Made by a program: the position numbers and the translations under genes. This document shows positions 1 to 13,572 of a stretch of DNA of 64,000 bases, in pieces. The notes under the pieces were generated by a model. That model was not told the origin of the DNA. It worked only from the letters and a program-made list of their open reading frames with translations, and did not search any database. This DNA is from Chiloscyllium plagiosum (lineage: Eukaryota): the NCBI RefSeq assembly GCF_004010195.1, contig NC_057718.1, positions 72,530,626-72,594,625 on the forward strand, given 5' to 3'. The number at the start of each line of letters is the position of its first letter. Positions within the stretch are counted from its first letter, which is position 1.

Positions 1-380
1 TCCTTTCCACCACTGTAATATTATCTTTGACAAGCAATGCCACACCTCCCCCTCTTTTACCCCCCCCTCTGACCCTACTACAACATTTAAATCCTGGAAC
101 CTGCAACAGCCAGTCCTGTCCCTGTTCTAGCCATGTCTCCGTAATAGCCACAACATCGAAGTCCCAGGTACCAACCCACGCTGCAAGTTCACCTACCTTA
201 TTTCGTATACTTCTTGCATTGAAGTATACACACTTCAAGCCACTTTCCTGTTTACAGGCACCCTCCTTTGAAATTGATGCCATGTTCCTAACCTCCCTAC
301 ACTCCAGGCCCTGCACCCTGAAGCTACAATCTGGGTTCCCATGCCCCTGCAGAGTTAGTTTAAACCCTCCCCAAGAGCAC
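1..380 (-). mobile_element. CR1-clade LINE fragment, start of ORF2 AP-endonuclease
   Basis: Minus-strand translation GLKCVYFNARSIRNKVGELAAWVGTWDFDVVAITETW...GGKRGGGVALLVKD. Confidence 0.85.
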
Positions 381-601
381 TAATATCTGATATTTAGACC
401 AGAAAATGTGAATTTTCATGATGATTAGCTCATACAAAATTGTTGTTTCTATTGAGCCTCATTTACAATTACTTCATTTCATTTAGAAATTGCAAAAACG
501 TTCTCATTGTCTATGCTAAAGGTCTACTATCTGAAAACTGTCAAGCCATAGGTGTGTGTAAAGAAATGGAGAGAAAAAGTAATATGGATCACAATACTTA
601 C

Positions 602-663
602 CCATGAGATCCCTGAATGTGGTTTTGTCATGGGTCATAAGGTGATCTATGATGGCCCTCCAA
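602..663 (-). CDS. DOP1A: DOP1A coding exon (62 nt, phase 2/1)
   Basis: aaatttgcag|T TGG...ATG G|gtaagt; WRAIIDHLMTHDKTTFRDLM. Confidence 0.95.
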
Positions 664-1430
664 CTGCAAATTTGAAACATATCTGTTAAAACTACAGATG
701 AATAGAGGATACTAAAGTTGTTGCAAGCCACTATTTAACCAATGCAGACAGGCAAAATTATAAACAGCACAGTATTTATTTTTAATTTATTTTATTTAAT
801 AAGCATTTTCCTCAAAAGTCTCTTTTATTTTCCTGATGATTTTGGAATTTGGAATCAGCCTGTTTACAATGCACTTCTTTTTCTTGGGTACACACTTAAC
901 TCCCATACTCCACATCAAAGCTTCAAAGTGCTTGTTCTTTATTCCAATTATAATCTCAGCAATATTTTCCACATCCGCTTTTGTTCACTTTTTCATTCCT
1001 TTGAAAGTTCTTTCTTCAAAGCTTGATAAATGTTAGATTTATTTCTATTGTTTACAACAATTCTCAGAGAAACTTTATGTTTGATGCTTTTTTTTGTCCT
1101 ATATAGTATTTAGTGCAGTCCTTGCATGGTATTTGTACACTACATGCGTGGCTACAGGAAAGCCACACACACAGACCAAGTCCTAAATCATGAAAGTAAT
1201 CACCCCAACACACACAAACGAAGCTGCATCAGGACACTATTCAAAAGGGCCACAACACACTGCAGTACATCAGAACTACAAAAAGAAGAAGAGGAACACC
1301 TATACAAGGTATTCGCCAAAAACGGATACCCGCGCAACTTCATCAACAGATGCCTAAGAGAAAGACCACAGAACGAGGACATACCACAACCAAAAGGACT
1401 AGCCACACTACCATACATCAGGAACATCTC

Positions 1431-1693
1431 NNNNNNNNNNNNNNNNNNNNNNNNNNNNNNNNNNNNNNNNNNNNNNNNNNNNNNNNNNNNNNNNNNNNNN
1501 NNNNNNNNNNNNNNNNNNNNNNNNNNNNNNNNNNNNNNNNNNNNNNNNNNNNNNNNNNNNNNNNNNNNNNNNNNNNNNNNNNNNNNNNNNNNNNNNNNNN
1601 NNNNNNNNNNNNNNNNNNNNNNNNNNNNNNNNNNNNNNNNNNNNNNNNNNNNNNNNNNNNNNNNNNNNNNNNNNNNNNNNNNNNNNNNNNNNN
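1431..1693. other. Assembly gap (N run)
   Basis: 263 N. Confidence 1.
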
Positions 1694-1734
1694 TTTCAGC
1701 TGTCCGCTGTCGTGGTTGGTATATTGGGTACCCA

Positions 1735-1774
1735 GCACTGATGATGTCGCCTAGCCAGGGGACGAAACGTTTGC
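1735..1774 (+). ncRNA. Minimal type-I hammerhead ribozyme motif (PLE terminal repeat)
   Basis: GCA-CTGATGA-T-GTCGCCT agcc AGGGGAC-GAAAC-GTT-TGC: stem I GCA/TGC, stem II hairpin, ACGT palindromic stem III, GUU triplet. Confidence 0.7.
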
Positions 1775-2958
1775 AACAAAAACTTCCAGCTCGGCGAACA
1801 GAACCACAGCAACGAGCACCCGAGCTACAAATCTTCGCACAAACTTTGAATTCAATAGTGTTGCTTGCAAGTTAAAGTACAAGGAAATAAATGTGAATTA
1901 TTTTCCATTATCCCAAGATGAATCACACTCCTGTGATCTATTAATTTAATGCTCCAAAGTAAGTAATTTATTCATTTAACTGAAGTGAGAGAGAAAATGG
2001 GAATGACTAGATGAATGGACTGAATGACCTCATTTTGTGCAATAATGACTCTATCCTAAATGCTCTGGCATTCAGGTATCAGCATTTGATAAAGTCTCTA
2101 CTGTTTATTTTATTTCCACATTTGTTTATTTATCTGGATTAAAATATATTGCTCTCACTTTCTATTTGACCTTCTTGACATCTAATTTTCAAGTTGACTA
2201 CTCCTTCCCTCCCTCTTTATTAATTAGTCTATTCAATCCTGCTTGGTTGAGACGCAGCACATATTAAATTCATCAAACTGGTTTACCAACCCCACTCTCC
2301 CAACCAAAAAAACTTTCCCATCAATTTGGCTGGCACATCACACCCTGAAAATGGTATTTCATTCGGTATGCTCTTCTGACGAAGATTAGCAATAAACCAG
2401 AAAAGAAACTTCAGTGTGCCTTTCAATTTTCAATGCCAAGTCAACTAGTTGGTTATCTTCTCCAGAGTCGTTTCCTCTAGAAGGGTAGTGATTAGAAGTG
2501 ACAGCTCAATTGGGAATGGACATTTGTGTGAAAATATCATTACAACCATAACTGTCCCAGTAAGTTTCATTCTTAAATCTCAATTCTTCTTCTTATACCT
2601 CAAGCAATTCTCTCTCCAGGACCTGATGTAGTTCTAAAACTTGCTTCAACGGGTGTTCTGGTAGATGTATTGAATAAATTTAATTAGTCTTTTGTTAGAA
2701 TAAATTGATGTGTTTTCTTTCCATCTTATTCCCAGCTTTCTGAGTTTTAAACTGTTTCTTGGAATTTCAAGGGAACAATCTACTGGAACTAATGGTATCA
2801 AGGTACCTTCATAGGTTGAAAAAACATTTCCTCGACCACACCATCCAACTCAATCCACTTTCACATTCATCCTACTTGGAATACTTTTGGTAATCAGAGA
2901 ACAGAGTTGGTTTTTCTGGAATATTAAGAAATAAACTGCAATCTATATAGGGACTTAC

Positions 2959-3108
2959 TGACTAACGCATGACGCATCCATATGGAAGAAGTTAGGGTCC
3001 ATAAACAGATCAAATGCTTCTTTTTTCCAAGCTCGCCTTGTATACTGGTAGCCACTCAGACTGCTTACCAATTGGACACATGCTCGGTAACTTGGGGCAT
3101 TGTGAGCA
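2959..3108 (-). CDS. DOP1A: DOP1A coding exon (150 nt, phase 2/2)
   Basis: ttacttctag|T GCT...AGT CA|gtaagt; [49 protein letters not shown](H). Confidence 0.95.
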
Positions 3109-3539
3109 CTAGAAGTAAATCACAATAGTTTTAGAGCCAGAAGAAAAGCTGAGCAATAGTTTATATTGAATAAAATTGAACACTGTATGTATAAGAAACC
3201 ACAGAAAATAACAAGGATTTCCAACACAGAATCCACAGACCCAGAAGAATCACCAGCTTATAATGCTTTAAGTGCAGTATGTCTTAAAATGTATCAAATT
3301 CGTGTCCAATTGTACAGATTTCAATGCACATTACAAGTGTGAGAAAGTAATCGTTATTGCTGTTCAGGTTCAAGTGAAATATGACAAAAAAAACTGTTTT
3401 GCTCAATAAAAATGAGATGATTACTGAATGCATAAAAACAAAGGACATCTGTACATAAAATAATTAAGCATCTGAATTGTACAAATCAATTTTACAGAAT
3501 ATGTTTTCTACTTAAACTCAGCACCAACTTGCTGGTAGT

Positions 3540-4100
3540 GTGTCCAAGTTTGCAGAAGACAAATAAGGTGAGTGGTAGAGCAAAGCGTTCAGAGGACTGT
3601 GAAACTTTGCAAAGGGACATAGATAGTTGGGACATAGGTAGTTTATGTGAATGGGCAAAGGTCTGGCAGATGGACTACAATGTTAATAAATGTGAAGTCA
3701 TCTGCTTTGGTAGGAATAACAGTAAAAAGGACTATTATTTGAAGGATAGAAAATTGCAACATGCTACAGTGCAGAGAGATAGAAGTAAAGATGATGGGTG
3801 AAACAAGGACAAGAGGGCATAGCCTCAAAAGATTTAGGACTGAATTGAGGAGGAGCTTCTTCATGTAGAGAGTTGTGAAGCCAAGGAATTTCCTGCCCAG
3901 TGAAGTAGTTGAGGCTTCTTCACTAAATGGTTTCAAAGCGAAGACTGATCATTATTTGAACAGTAATGGAATTAAACGTTACAGTGAGAGGGGGGTAAGT
4001 GGAGCTGAGGCCATGAAAAGATCAGCCATGATCTTTTTGAATGGCAGAACACGCTCATAGGGCCAGATGGCCTACTCCTACTCCTAGTTATGTTCTTATG
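3540..4100 (+). mobile_element. CR1 LINE 3' fragment (decayed)
   Basis: LQRDIDS...WAKVWQMDYNVNKCEVICFG; 3' UTR ending tatgttcttatg. Confidence 0.8.
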
Positions 4101-4889
4101 TAAACAAAAAACTTGTAAGGAATATGCAGTCATCTTTCAACTCAGTATTTAACACAGCGACATTTAACTTTATTTTGGAAATTTGTCAGCACATTAGAAC
4201 ATCAACAGACTCGCAGCATAGTTTTGGATTAGCATACAGGTTTGTAACCAATGCATTATGAGTTCTAATCCCCAAATGTACTTTTCGGGTAGCAGTGAGG
4301 CAGTGGATTAGGCTCCCACAGTGTTCTACCTGACTGTACAGCATACCTGGGAACAAACAGGCATTTTGTCCTGCTGGTGTACAAAAAAAGAGACAGGAGA
4401 AAAAAGAAATCTTGTAAACAAAGGTAAAAGGTTTAGCCTCATCCACCCACCTAGCCCGAACAAAAAAATGGGCTTGAAAGACTAGACATAAAAACTGGTT
4501 TAATTCAATGAGAGAATTAGTGAAAACAGAAAATGCTGGAAATAGACAGCAGATCTGATAGCAGCCTTCCAATTTCTTTCTCAGATTCCTCTCAATTCAT
4601 TGATGACCTTTGCGCAGTACTACGAGTTTCTGCCTTGCACCTTCAGGTGGCTGAAATGGAAGATTCTTGACTTGCAGATCTTTGGACATCTGGAACAGGA
4701 CAACTCACAGCTGGAATTCAGCATTTTTTAAAATCCTTCTTTGCTGCCACTTTGAGACCCAAGATTTTAATGCTGGGGCAAAGAATGGAGGAGTTGTCAC
4801 CATTCTGAACAGTCAGTAGCAAGTTCCTCCTTGCCATTAAAGGTCACTGCTGTCACTGTTTGAGGAGAATTTAAGATGGCTTTGAAGCA

Positions 4890-5335
4890 TTTTTATGTTC
4901 TCTCATGGAATATTGTTTTCTAAGAGGTTTTCTGCCATCCACTGACCAATTCATCATAGTTTATGATGCAGCAGTTTTGTCTGGAAGCTTTGCACCTGGT
5001 TTCAGGAATGATGCAAGTATTTACCCAACAGTTCTCCCATTAGGTATGGAGAATTCCGCAGTGGCATAGCTAATCAGATTTCGCTAGTATCCTAATATAT
5101 TACTGATAGACAGTTGCGTTTCTCTGCAGTACACTGCATGAAGACAACTGCTCTGAACACTAAGACATTTGTTTGCTCAATTAAATCTTTACTTTTAATA
5201 CATTTGATGTAGTTTGTTCAAGTTGGAACTGATGCAGCTAATATGCTCAGTGATGGCCTTTGGTGAGAGGCCGTTGGCAAGGTCTGGGAAATGTTCCACA
5301 TACTTCAAAGTCTCTCCAACATAAGAATTGGGAAA
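4890..5335 (-). mobile_element. RTE-clade LINE RT fragment (highly decayed)
   Basis: Minus-strand residual ETLKYVEHFPDL..GLSPKAI..ISC resembles the RTE V..F.YLGS.LS..A.ID.EI..RIS motif. Confidence 0.55.
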
Positions 5336-5747
5336 TGAAATATCAGAATGGCTAGCTGCAGGTTTATCTAATTTTCTTGTTTGGACAGCATTCAGGATTG
5401 GGTCAAGTTTCCTGTATGCATAATTGAATGGTAGTGCAGATCTTACTGATAAAGGACCACTGATATAGAACCCTGGATTTCTCTTTACAGATGCTATCAG
5501 ACGTGACGTATTTATATTGGGTTTTAATTCAGATTTCCGGCATCAAAGAACTATGCTTTGGAATAAAATCTGTTTGTTAAACTGATAAATGAACAGTTAC
5601 AGTCATGAATTGCAAATATTAGGCTGGAAAACCAAAAGGTACACAGAATTGAAATTCAGTAATAATGACAGTCCAGCACAAGGCAAATTAGTCTTACAAA
5701 TGGTACATGAGGAATAAAACCATAACTGTACTCTAAAGTAGAGGTAC

Positions 5748-5857
5748 CTGTGATTGCGTAGATAGGGAACAACATAGTACATAATGTTAACAAGTAATGG
5801 GATAACTTTTTCCTTTTCTTCACTGTGAAATACCATGTCGAAAAGGTGAGCTAAAAC
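5748..5857 (-). CDS. DOP1A: DOP1A coding exon (110 nt, phase 0/2)
   Basis: ctgtcttttag|GTT...CAC AG|gtacct; [36 protein letters not shown](S). Confidence 0.95.
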
Positions 5858-7957
5858 CTAAAAGACAGCAGAAAATGCATACTTTACATACAGCACACTG
5901 TAATAGGTATTCAATAATATGTTTTGTGTTGGTATTGTATAACAAAGAGTTATGGCAACAAAAAAGAGAAATTAATGGAGAACTGAAACTGTTCAGTGGA
6001 CCAGAAACATTGACTCTGCTTTCTCTCCCCGATGCTGCCAGACCTGCTGAGATATTCTAGCAATTTTTGTTTTTTCTTCAAATTTCCAGCATACACAGTT
6101 GCAGAGTCATAGAGATGTCATTGGTTAGGCCACTTTTGAAATATTGCGTGCAATTCTGGTCTCCTTCCTATCAGAAGGATGTTATGAAACTTGAAAGGTT
6201 CAGAGTCATAGCGAAGTGCAGCATGGAAACAGACCCTTCAGTCCAACTCATCCATGCTGACCAGGTATCCTAAACTAATCTAGTGCCATTTGCCAGCAGT
6301 TGGCCAATATCCCTCCAAAGCTTTCCTATTCATGTACCCATCCAGATGCCTTTTACATGCTGTAATTGTACCAGCCACCACCACTTCCTCTGGCAGCTCA
6401 TTCCATACACACACCACTCTCTGCAGGAACAAGTTTCCCCTTAGGTGTCTTTTATACCCTTCCCCTCTCACCCTAAACCTATGCCCTCTACTTCTGGACT
6501 CCCCCACTCCAGGGAAAAGACCTTGTCTATTTATCCTATCCATGACCCTCATGATTTTATAAACTTCTATAAGGACACACCTCAGCCTCCACTCCAGGGA
6601 AAACAGCCTCAGCCTATTCTGCCTCTCCCTATAGCTCAAATCCTCCAACCCTGGCAACATCCTTGTTAATCTTTTCTGAACGCTTTCATGTTTCACAATA
6701 TCCTTCTGATAAGAAGGAGACCAGAATTGTACGCAATATTCCAAAAGTGGCCGAACCAATGACCTTCCAACTCATATTCTTAATGCTCTGACTAATTAAG
6801 GAAAGCATACTAAACACCTTCTTCATTATTCTATCTACCTGCAACTCTACTTTCAAGGAACTACGAACCTGCCCTCCAAGGTCTCTTTGTTCAGCAACAC
6901 TCCCTAGGACCTTACCGTTAAGTATTTAAGTCCTGCTGTGATTTGCTTTTCCAAAATGCACCACCTTGCATTTATGTAAATTAAATTCTATCTGCTAATC
7001 CTCCGGCCCTTGGCCCATCTGATCAAGATCCTGTTATATTCTGAGGTAACCTTCTTCACTGTCCACTACACCTCCAATTTTGGTGTCATCTGCAAACTTA
7101 CTAATTATACCACCTAATTATTTATATCAATGATAAAAAGCAGTGGACTCAGCATCGATCCTTGTGGCACTCCACTGGTCACAGGCCTCCAGTCTGAAAA
7201 ACAACCCTCCACCACCACCCTCTGTCTTCTACCTTTGAGCCAGTTCTGTATCCAAATGGCTAGTTCTCCCTATATTCCATGAGATCTAACCTTGCTAACC
7301 AGTCTACAATGAGGAACCTTGTTGAACGCCTTACTGAAATCCAGATAGGACACATCCACTGCTCTGCCCTCATCAATCCTCTTTGTTACTTCTTCAAAAA
7401 CTCAAGCAAGTTTGTGAGACATGATTTCCCACGCAGAAAGCCATGCTGGCTATTCTTAATCAGTCCTTACCTTTCCATACATGTGTAAATCCTGTCCCTC
7501 AGGATTCCCTCTAACAACCTGCCCACTACAGATGTCAGACTCACTGGTCTATAGTTCCCTGGCTTTTCCTTACCACCTTTCTTAAATAGTGGCACCATGT
7601 TAACCAACCTCCAGTCTTTCGACTCCTCACCTGTGACTATCGATAATACAAATAGCAAGGGGTCGAGCACACAGCTCGATCCCTTGCTCCCACACAGTTC
7701 TAGGGTACACCTGATTGGGTCAGAGGGATGTATCCACTATTATGCATTTCAAGACATCCAGCACCTCCTCCTCTGTAATTTGGACATTTTTTAAGATATC
7801 ACAATTTATTCCCCCAAATTCTATATCTTCCATGTTCTTCTCCACAGTAAACACTGATGCAAAATACTCATTTTGTATCTTCCCATCCACTGCGGCTCCG
7901 CACATAGGCTGCCTTGCTGGTCTTTGAGGGACCCTTCACTCTAACAGGAATGTAACA

Positions 7958-8197
7958 GGGGTGGCATGGTGGCTCAGTGGTTAGCACTGCTGCCTCACAG
8001 CACCAGGGTCCCAGGTTCGATTTCCTCCCACAGTTTAAAGATGTGCAGGTGAGGTGAATTGGCCATGCTAAATTGCCAGTAGCGTTAGGTGCATTAGTCA
8101 GAGGGAAATGGGAATGGGTGAGTTACTCTTTGGAGGGTCAGCGTGGAATTGTTGGGCCAAAGGACCTGTTTCCACACTGTAGGGAATCTAATCTAAT
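7958..8197 (+). mobile_element. HE1-type tRNA-derived V-SINE, internally deleted, nested in CR1 A
   Basis: A box TGGCTCAGTGG, B box GGTTCGATT, LINE-like 3' end and aatcta tail. Confidence 0.85.
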
Positions 8198-8591
8198 ATA
8201 TTTTCTCTGGACTTTTGTTATGTCATTTCTGAAGGCTTCCCATTTTCCAGCTGCCCCTTTACATGCGAACATCCGCCCCAAATCAGTTTTTGGAAGTTCT
8301 TGCCCGATACCGTCAAAATTAGCCTTCCTCCAATTTAGAACTTCAACTTTTAGATCCAGTCTATCCTTTTCCATCACTATTTTAAGACTAATACAATTAC
8401 GGTGGCTGGCCCCAAAGTGCACCCCCACTGATGCTTCAGTAACCTGCTTTGCTTTATTTCCTAAGCGTAGGTAAGATTTTGCACCTTCTCTAGTAGGAAC
8501 ATCTACATACTGAATCAGGAATTTTTCTTGTGCACACTGAGGAACTTCCTCTCCATCTCAATCATTAACACTATGGCAGTCCCAGTCTATG

Positions 8592-8729
8592 GAGAAAGTG
8601 AGGTCTGATAGAAAAGCACAGCAGGTCAGGTAGCATCTGAGAAGCAGGGTCCTGATGAAGGGCTCTGGCCTGAAACATCGATTCTCCTGCTCCTCGGATG
8701 CTGCCTGACCTGCTGTACTTTTCCAGACA
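8592..8729. mobile_element. Short PLE terminal insertion (inverted arms) with degenerate hammerhead, 9-bp TSD
   Basis: TSD CAGTCTATG at 8583-8591 and 8730-8738; CTGATGA AGGGC tctg GCCT GAAAC ATC at 8652-8679. Confidence 0.8.
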
Positions 8730-8976
8730 CAGTCTATGTTCGTAAAATTAAAATCCCCTACCATAATCACCCTATTATTCTTAGAGATAACTGAAATCTC
8801 CTTATAAATTTCTTTCTGAATTTCCCACTGAGTATTAGGGGGTCTATAATACAATCCCAAGAAGGTGACCATCCCTTTCTTATTTCTCAGTTCTACCCAA
8901 ATAACTTCCCTGAATGTATTCCCAGGAATATCCACCCTAAGTACAGCTGTAATGCCATCCCTTACCAAAAACACCA

Positions 8977-11900
8977 AAGAACAAATAAAATTTACAGCCC
9001 AGGAACAGGCCCTTTGGCCCAAGCCGATCCAAATGTACTGTCTAAACCTGTCGGTCAATTCCTAAGCATTTGTATCCCTCTGCTTTCCACCTACTCATGC
9101 ATCTGTCCAGACGCATCTTAAATGAATCCACTGTGCCTGCCTCTACCAGCTCTGCTGGCAACGCGTTCCAAACGCCCACCACCCTGTGTGAAATACTTGC
9201 CGCGTGTATCCCCCTTAAACTTTCCACCTCTCACTTTTAAAGCATGACCTCTGGTTATTGAATCCTTCACCCTGGGAAAAAACTTGTCTCTATCAACCCT
9301 GTCTATACCCTTCATGATTTTGTAAACCTCAATCAGGTTCTCCCTCAATCTTCTTTTTTCTAGTGAAAATAAACCTAACCTACTCAACCTCTCTTCATAG
9401 CTAGCACCTTCCATACCAGGCAACATCCTCGTAAACCTTCTCTGCACCCTCTCCAAAACGTCCACATCCTTTTGGTAATGTGGCAACTAGAACTGTACAC
9501 ATATTCCAAATGCGGCCAAACCAATGTCTTGTACAATTTTAATATGACTTGCCGGCTCTTATGCACAACACCCCATCCAATGAAGGCAAGCATATTATAT
9601 GCCTTCTTGACCACTCTATCCACCTGTGCAGCAACCTTCAGGGTACAATGGACCTGCACTCCCAGTTCACTCTGCCCATCAACTTTTCCCAAGGCTCTTC
9701 TGTTCATTGTATAATTCGCTCTAGAATTAGACTTGCCTAAATGCATGACCTCACATTTGTCTGGATTGAAAGCCATCTGCCACTTTTTCGCCCAACTCTC
9801 CAGTCTATCTATATCTTCCTGTTTTCTCTGATAGTCCCTTATGCTTTCTGCTACTCCACCAATCTTTGGGTCACCTGCAAACTTGCTGATCATACCAACA
9901 GCGCCCTCTTCCAGATCATTTATGTATATTACGAACAACAGTGGCCCCAACATTGACCCCTGTGGAACATTTCGAGAAACTCCCTTCAACTACTACTCTG
10001 TAACCTGTTGCTCAACCAGTTCTTTATCCACCTAGCTAGAAAGATGGGGTACTGGGCTAATGGTCGGATACTTGGTAGTGTGGATGAGCAGAGAGATCTT
10101 GGTGTCCATGTACACAGATCTTTGAAAGTTGCCACCCAGGTAAATAGTGCAGTGAAGAAGGCATATGGCTTACTGGCTTTTATTGGTAGAGGAATTGAGT
10201 TCCGGAGTCCTGAGGTCATGTTGCAGTTGTATAAGACTCTGGTGCAGCCGCATCTGGAGTATTGTGTGCAGTTTTGGTCGCCATACTATAGGAAGGATGT
10301 GGAGGCACTGGAACGGGTGCAGAGGAGGTTTACCAGGATGTTGCCTGGTATGGTAGGAAGATCGTATGAGGAAAGGCTGAGGCACTTGGGGTTGTTTTCA
10401 TTGGAGAAAAGAAGGTTTAGGGGTGACTTGATAGAGGTGTACAAGATGATTAGGGGTTTAGATAGGGTTGACCGTGAGAACCTTTTTCCACGTATGGAGT
10501 CAGCTATTACGAGGGGGCATAGCTTTAAATTAAGGGGTGGTAGATATAGGACAGATGTTAGGGGTAGATTCTTTACTCAGCGAGTCGTGAGTTCATGGAA
10601 TGCCCTGCCAATAGCAGTGGTGGACTCTCCCTCTTTATGGGCATTTAAGCAGGCATTGGATAGACATATGGAGGATAGTGGGCTAGTGTAGGTTAGGTGG
10701 GCTTGGATCGGCGCAACATCGAGGGCCGAAGGGCCTGTACTGCGCTGTATTCTTCTATGTTCTATGTAACACCCTGCACACCATGTGACTTCACTTTCTC
10801 CATTAGTCTACAATGGGGAACCTTACTAAAGTCCGTGTATATGACATCAACAACCCTTCCTTCATCTAACAACTTGGTCACTTCCAGAACTCTATTAAGT
10901 TGGTAAGGCATGATCTCCCCTGCACAAAACCATGTTGCCTATCACTGATACGCTCATTCTTTTTGAAATATAAATAGATCCTACCTCTTTGTACCCTCTC
11001 CAGCAACTTCCCCACCATCGATGTGAGGCTCACTGGTCTGTAGTTACCCAGAATATCCCTACTACCCTTCTTGTATAGGGGGACAACATAAGCTACCGTC
11101 CAGGCCTCCGGCACCTCACCTGTATTTAAGGATGCCACAAAGATATCTATCAGGGCCCCAGCTATTTCCTCTCTCTCGCCTCCCTCTGCAACCTGGGATA
11201 GATCCCATCCGGTCCTGGGGATGTGTCCACCTTAATAGCCTCTAGCATACCAACACATCTTCCCTACTTATGCCAACGTGATCCAGACTAATCAAACTTC
11301 TATCTCTAATCTCAAGATTCATCATGTTCATCATGCTTCCCTTTTCCTCTTGGCTAGTTGTACAATTTCTCCTGTCATCCACAGTTCACGAATCTTTCCC
11401 TTCCTATCCTTTGCCTTCAATGGGACATGCCTATCCTGCACTACCGGTAACCTATCTTTGAAAGCCTCCCACATCTCAAATGTGGACTTCCCTTCAAATA
11501 GCTGTGTCCAATCCACATTTCCCAGCTCCTGAGTAATTTTGATATAATTGGCCTTGGCCCAGTTTAATATTCTTACCTTAAGACCACTCTCTTCTTTATC
11601 TACGAGTATTCTAAAACTTACAGAATTGTGGTCACTGTTCCCAAAGAAATCCCCCACTGCAACGTCTACCACTTGTCCTGGCTCATTCCCCAGTACCAGG
11701 TCCAATATGGCCCCTTCCCTCATCGGACTATTGACAAACCGCTCTAGAAAACTCTTCTGGACGCCTCGGACAAATTCTACTCCATCCAGACCTCTGACGC
11801 TAAGTGTATCCCAGTCAATGTTGGGAAAATTAAAATCTCCCATTACCACTACCCTATTGCCTCTGCATCTATTCATAATCTGTTTACCTATTTGTTCTTC

Positions 11901-13572
11901 TTCCTCATGCTCACTGTTGGGAGGCCTGTAGTACAGCCCCAACAATGCAACTGAACCCTTCTTATTTCTCAGCTCCACCCATAATGCCTCACTACCCAAG
12001 ACCGCCATAGTGTCCTCCTTTAGCACAGCCGTGATATCGTCATCATGCCGTTCCTTCAACCAAGTCTCTGTGATAGCAATAATATCATACTCCCAGGCAC
12101 CAATCCAAGCCCTAAGTTCATCTGCCTTACACACTATATTCCTTGCATTAAAGTAGATGCATTTCAGGCCACCAGTTCTTCTGCGCTCACATGCTCTCTG
12201 CCTATTCTTCCCTTTATTAATGTTATCTGCATAATTCTTACCGTCTCCACCTCGCTGCCTACTTGTCTTCTCTTATGGTTCCCAGTCCCCTGCCACATTA
12301 GTTTAAAACCTTCCCAACAGTAGTAGCAAAAACTCCTCCAAGGACATTGGTTCCGGTCTGGTTCAGATGTACACCGTCCCTTTTGTAATCGCCCCACCTT
12401 CTCCAGAAGTTGGTCCCAATGTCCAACAAATCTGAACCCCTCCCTCCTCCACCATCTCTCAAGCCACGTGTTCATCCTACCTATTTTTTCATTTCTACGC
12501 TGGCTAGCATGTGGCACTGGTAGTAATCCCGAGATCACTACCTTTGAGGTTTTTCCCCTTTAACTTCTCTCCTCGCTCCCTGAATTCTTCTTTCAGGACC
12601 TCATCTCGCTTTCTACTTATATCGTTGGTGCCTATATGCACCAAGACAACTGGCTGTTCACTCTCCCCTTTTAGAATGCTCTGCAGCCGATCAGTGACAT
12701 CCCTGACCCGAGCACCTGGGAGGCAACATACCATCCGTGAGTTCAGTTTTCGGCCACAGAACCGCCTATCTACTCTCCTCACAATAGAACCCCCTATGAC
12801 TATGGCCCTACGAGTCTTTTTCCCACCCTTCTGAATAGCAGTGCCCACCAGGGTGCCATGATCTTGACAACTGCTGCCCTCCCCTGGTGAGCCATCTCCC
12901 CCAACAGTATCCAAAACAGTATACCTGTTTTGGAGGGAGATAACCACAGGGGACACCTGCATTGCCTTCCTACTCTTTTTGTGTCTTTTAGTCACCCATT
13001 CACTATCTCCCTCAGCAATCCTAATCTGCGGTGTGACCAGTTTACTAAATGTGCTATCCACGACCACCTCAGCACTGCAGATGCTCCACAGTGAGTCCAT
13101 CCGCAGCTCCAGAACAATCATGCAGTCAAACAAGAGCTGCAGCTGGACACACTTCTTGCAAGTGTAAGAGTCAGGAACATCAGGCAAGTTCCTAACTCCC
13201 ACATCAAGCAAGAGGCACATGCACAGGCACAGGGGTCTGAGGCCCCCTGCCATTGTAAGCTTAGCTTTATATGAACTAACTGAAATCAAACAACGCACTT
13301 AAATAAATGAAAAAGAAAGATAAGAAATAAAAGCCTTACCTTACAGGGTCATTTTCTTCTGGTTAGAGGAGGGGGTGGGAGGGAGATACTTACACGTGTA
13401 GTATCTCGGGTTTTGCCACTGCCCAAATATAAATTAAGCCCTTACCTTCCCGGCAGCCCTCGCTTCACTCCTCCTTCTCTCCTCACCGCTCTGGCAAAAT
13501 GGAGGCCCGACTCCCGAGGTAAGTCCGTTTTTATGCGGGAAAACTTACCCTTCCCGGCAGCCCTCGCTTCAC
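8977..13572 (-). mobile_element. Near-full-length CR1 LINE (copy B) nested in copy A, with ORF1 (zinc-finger-like + SGNH esterase) and frameshifted ORF2
   Basis: ORF1 12164-13298 (YTCKKC; GGSIVR...CCLPGARV...HIGTND), EN 11331-12134 (AITETW, GDFN, SDHN), RT 9384-9989; tail at 8977. Confidence 0.88.
10042..10767 (+). mobile_element. Young 5'-truncated CR1 LINE (copy C) nested in copy B
   Basis: Uninterrupted ORF2 C-terminus (within ORF 10008-10691), 3' UTR and ttctatgttctatg tail; copy B resumes at caccctgcac. Confidence 0.9.

Larger units (their letters stand above)
1153..1850 (+). mobile_element. Penelope-like element, 5'-truncated (RT C-terminal part, gap, terminal repeat with hammerhead)
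   Basis: YRKATHTDQVLNHESNHP...KRATTHCS...FAKNGYP is a PLE RT C-terminal signature; after the gap the tail carries CTGATGA...GAAAC. Confidence 0.85.

Noticed and set aside
10008..10691. 227-aa ORF as a host gene
   Set aside because: It is the C-terminus of CR1 ORF2 in a 5'-truncated copy, and its start lies in the flanking antisense element.
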